Notes under the pieces: model-generated | The model's database searches: none | What the model saw: only the letters and a program-made list of their open reading frames with translations | What the model was told of the DNA's origin: nothing | Shown here: one piece after another, positions 62,303 to 64,000 of the stretch | How positions within the stretch are numbered: position 1 is the first letter of the stretch | Layout: each line of letters begins with the position of its first letter | Program-made: the position numbers and the translations under genes | Origin: a virus | Virus record (IMG/VR): IMGVR_UViG_3300046692_000130 | Coordinates: 30,595 to 94,594 of that record | Length of the DNA stretch: 64,000 nucleotides | Strand: one strand, 5' to 3'

Positions 62303-63213
62303 CAAAAGAAAACCCCCTCGGCACGTATGCACGAAGAGGTGTAACGAATGAACGTAAAGTTTGTAGTTCTCGGAGATAACTAACCATGGCTGGTTAGCAA
62401 TCGAATACAGATTAGCAAGCCGCGTACACGCAGTCAATAGAATTCGTCATGCATGCAATAGTTCTTTTGACGGGGTGGGGGTCGAAAAAATCGATCCTGA
62501 AAAATGCCCACCCTATTTTTTTCAGCCAGCGCCGGGGAAAGTTGTCAGGAACTTTGTTGGAAAGTTTGTCGAGATCTCTGGAGCAAATTGTCTGGCGTTG
62601 TCTGTCGAATTGCTGGCCAAGTTTGTTGGAAGTTGTCGCGCAGATCTGCAGCCAGTTGCGTCCGAACTTCTCTGGTAATTTCACCGAGAGTTCGTGTGCC
62701 ATCGTGACCGGCGCGCCTATCGATTGCTCGGGCCAGTTGCCGGGTGATGTTCAATTCACTTCCCTGTTCACGTTGCACGAACATGCTGACTGAATGAACA
62801 CGACGACCGGCTGCGCTTTGCTCTGCTCCATGTAACTCGGTCTGGTCGACAAGCTCGTGACGCTGGGCCATGACATTACTCTCGGCGCGGATCTCGATCT
62901 GGTTGTCGGTCGACGTCGCGATGCGTTGCGCGCCCAATCGCGTGACCGTTCCAAAGACTGTGAGGCAGAACATAGCGAAGCGTGTTGAGACCTATGCTGG
63001 CCAGTGCCATGGATCTTCGCCCGGGATCTCTACCGGCATTCGCCAGCGTTGCTAGTCTGTGGGTGATTCTGTGATCGACGATCCTTATACGCCAGCGCCG
63101 GGTAAAGCGGCACCGGCCCGAGGCTTATAGGGATCTCTCGGGAAAGCATGCTTATACACCGCTTATAAATGGGTGTTACAGACTCGTTACAGCCTCGTCC
63201 ACCCTTATTTCGC

Positions 63214-63374
63214 TAAGTTGTTGATATTCAATGGCTTACGACTATACCGGTACCGTGTCCGTTGCGTCTGGCCCGATTTTGGTAAGTCTTTGATAATCAT
63301 AGACTTAGGCGATATCGGCGTAAGTCTAGCGCTATCAATACTTTGCCTGTAAGTATCAGAAAACAAAAGCATTG
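63214..63374. promoter_or_regulatory. Cluster of four 25-bp IHF-like dyad sites
   Basis: TAAGT-N17-TT(A/G) at 63214, 63283, 63321 and 63350; three contain WATCAANNNNTTR matches. Confidence 0.55.
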
Positions 63375-63436
63375 CAAAATCTCCGAATTCACAAAAGCGC
63401 TAAATACCTGTAAAGCATTGAAACATCTAAACTTAG

Positions 63437-64000
63437 CTCTGGCCGTTGCTCTGGCCCGTCCGTGTAGCGCTTGGCGCGTCCGTCTGGCCCGTGTGGCCGT
63501 CTGGCGTCCGTTATGTCTGGCCGTCTGGCCCGTTGCTCTGGCCCGTCTGGCGTCGAATCTTGGCCCGTCTGGCCGTCCGTTTACGTCTGGCGCTGGCCCG
63601 TTGCTGGCCGTCTGGCGCTGCAGGTATGCGCGTCTACAGACGCCATGGTCTGGCGCGATCTCTGGCCCGTGTAGCGCTGCAGGTATGCGCGTCTGTACGC
63701 TGGCCCGTCTGGCGCGTATGCGTCGACGCTGGCGCGTATCTTGGCGCGATCTCTGGCCCGTCTATGTCTGGCCGTCCGTTATGTCTGGCGCGATCTCTGG
63801 CGCGTCTTTGTTTGCATCTATTGAAACGGTAAACGCATGCGAGACTTGCCCGTCAAGTAAAAACTTTGCTGGCGCTGGCGTATATGCGTCGACGCTGTCC
63901 CGTTGCTGGCCCGTGTGGCGTCCGTGTGGCGTCCGTTATGCTCTGGCCCGTCCGTCTACGCTGGCGCGTCTCTGGCCCGTTGTGGCGATCTCTGGCCCGT
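63437..64000 (+). repeat. Strand-biased degenerate short-repeat array (TCTGGCCCGT / CTGGCG)
   Basis: About 30 CTGGC cores by hand count, all on the + strand; runs off the window end. Confidence 0.9.

Noticed and set aside
62412-63055. ORFs 62412-62702, 62545-62973 and neighbours
   Set aside because: No RBS or recognisable motifs, and they lie in repeat-rich, probably non-coding DNA; not fully excluded.
63437-64000. CRISPR array, or the ORFs 63446-63832 and 63471-63674
   Set aside because: Repeats are short, degenerate and irregular with no unique spacers; the W/P/R-rich translations are by-products of the repeat.
1-64000. Reverse-transcriptase systems (DGR, retron) or stop-codon recoding
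   Set aside because: No RT motifs or TR/VR pair noticed; genes are intact in the standard code and use all three stop codons.

Overview
All 64 kb look like part of one large temperate siphovirus-like phage in the unintegrated (attP-intact) state; no host-like chromosomal stretch was seen. 1-14.6 kb (+ strand): tail module (tape measure C-terminus, tail-tip proteins, a gpJ-like protein with a ~970-aa enzyme-like insert, a fibre/adaptor, and a 1196-aa signal-peptide protein with 8 Cys pairs), then a metallophosphoesterase, dNMP kinase and holin-like genes. 14.6-16.5 kb: excisionase, tyrosine integrase, an attP whose apparent core is a tRNA-Val anticodon stem-loop, and a complete tRNA-Val(TAC). 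16.8-17.8 kb: a Tat-exported bacteriocin-like moron with a small membrane partner. 17.9-62 kb (- strand): early/middle arm with HicAB, ThyX, RlpA, lysozyme, NrdAB, RecA, resolvase, DNA ligase, primase-helicase, SF2 helicase, exonuclease, two RNA ligases, Pnkp, an NAD-salvage pair and many small genes. This arm has about a dozen clear sigma70-type promoters, a polar CGATACAG motif and several structured-RNA candidates. 62.4-64 kb: non-coding DNA with IHF-like dyads and a strand-biased CTGGC array (possible genome end, pac site or origin). No DNA polymerase, repressor or head genes were recognised. All calls come from motif recognition by eye; no searches were run.
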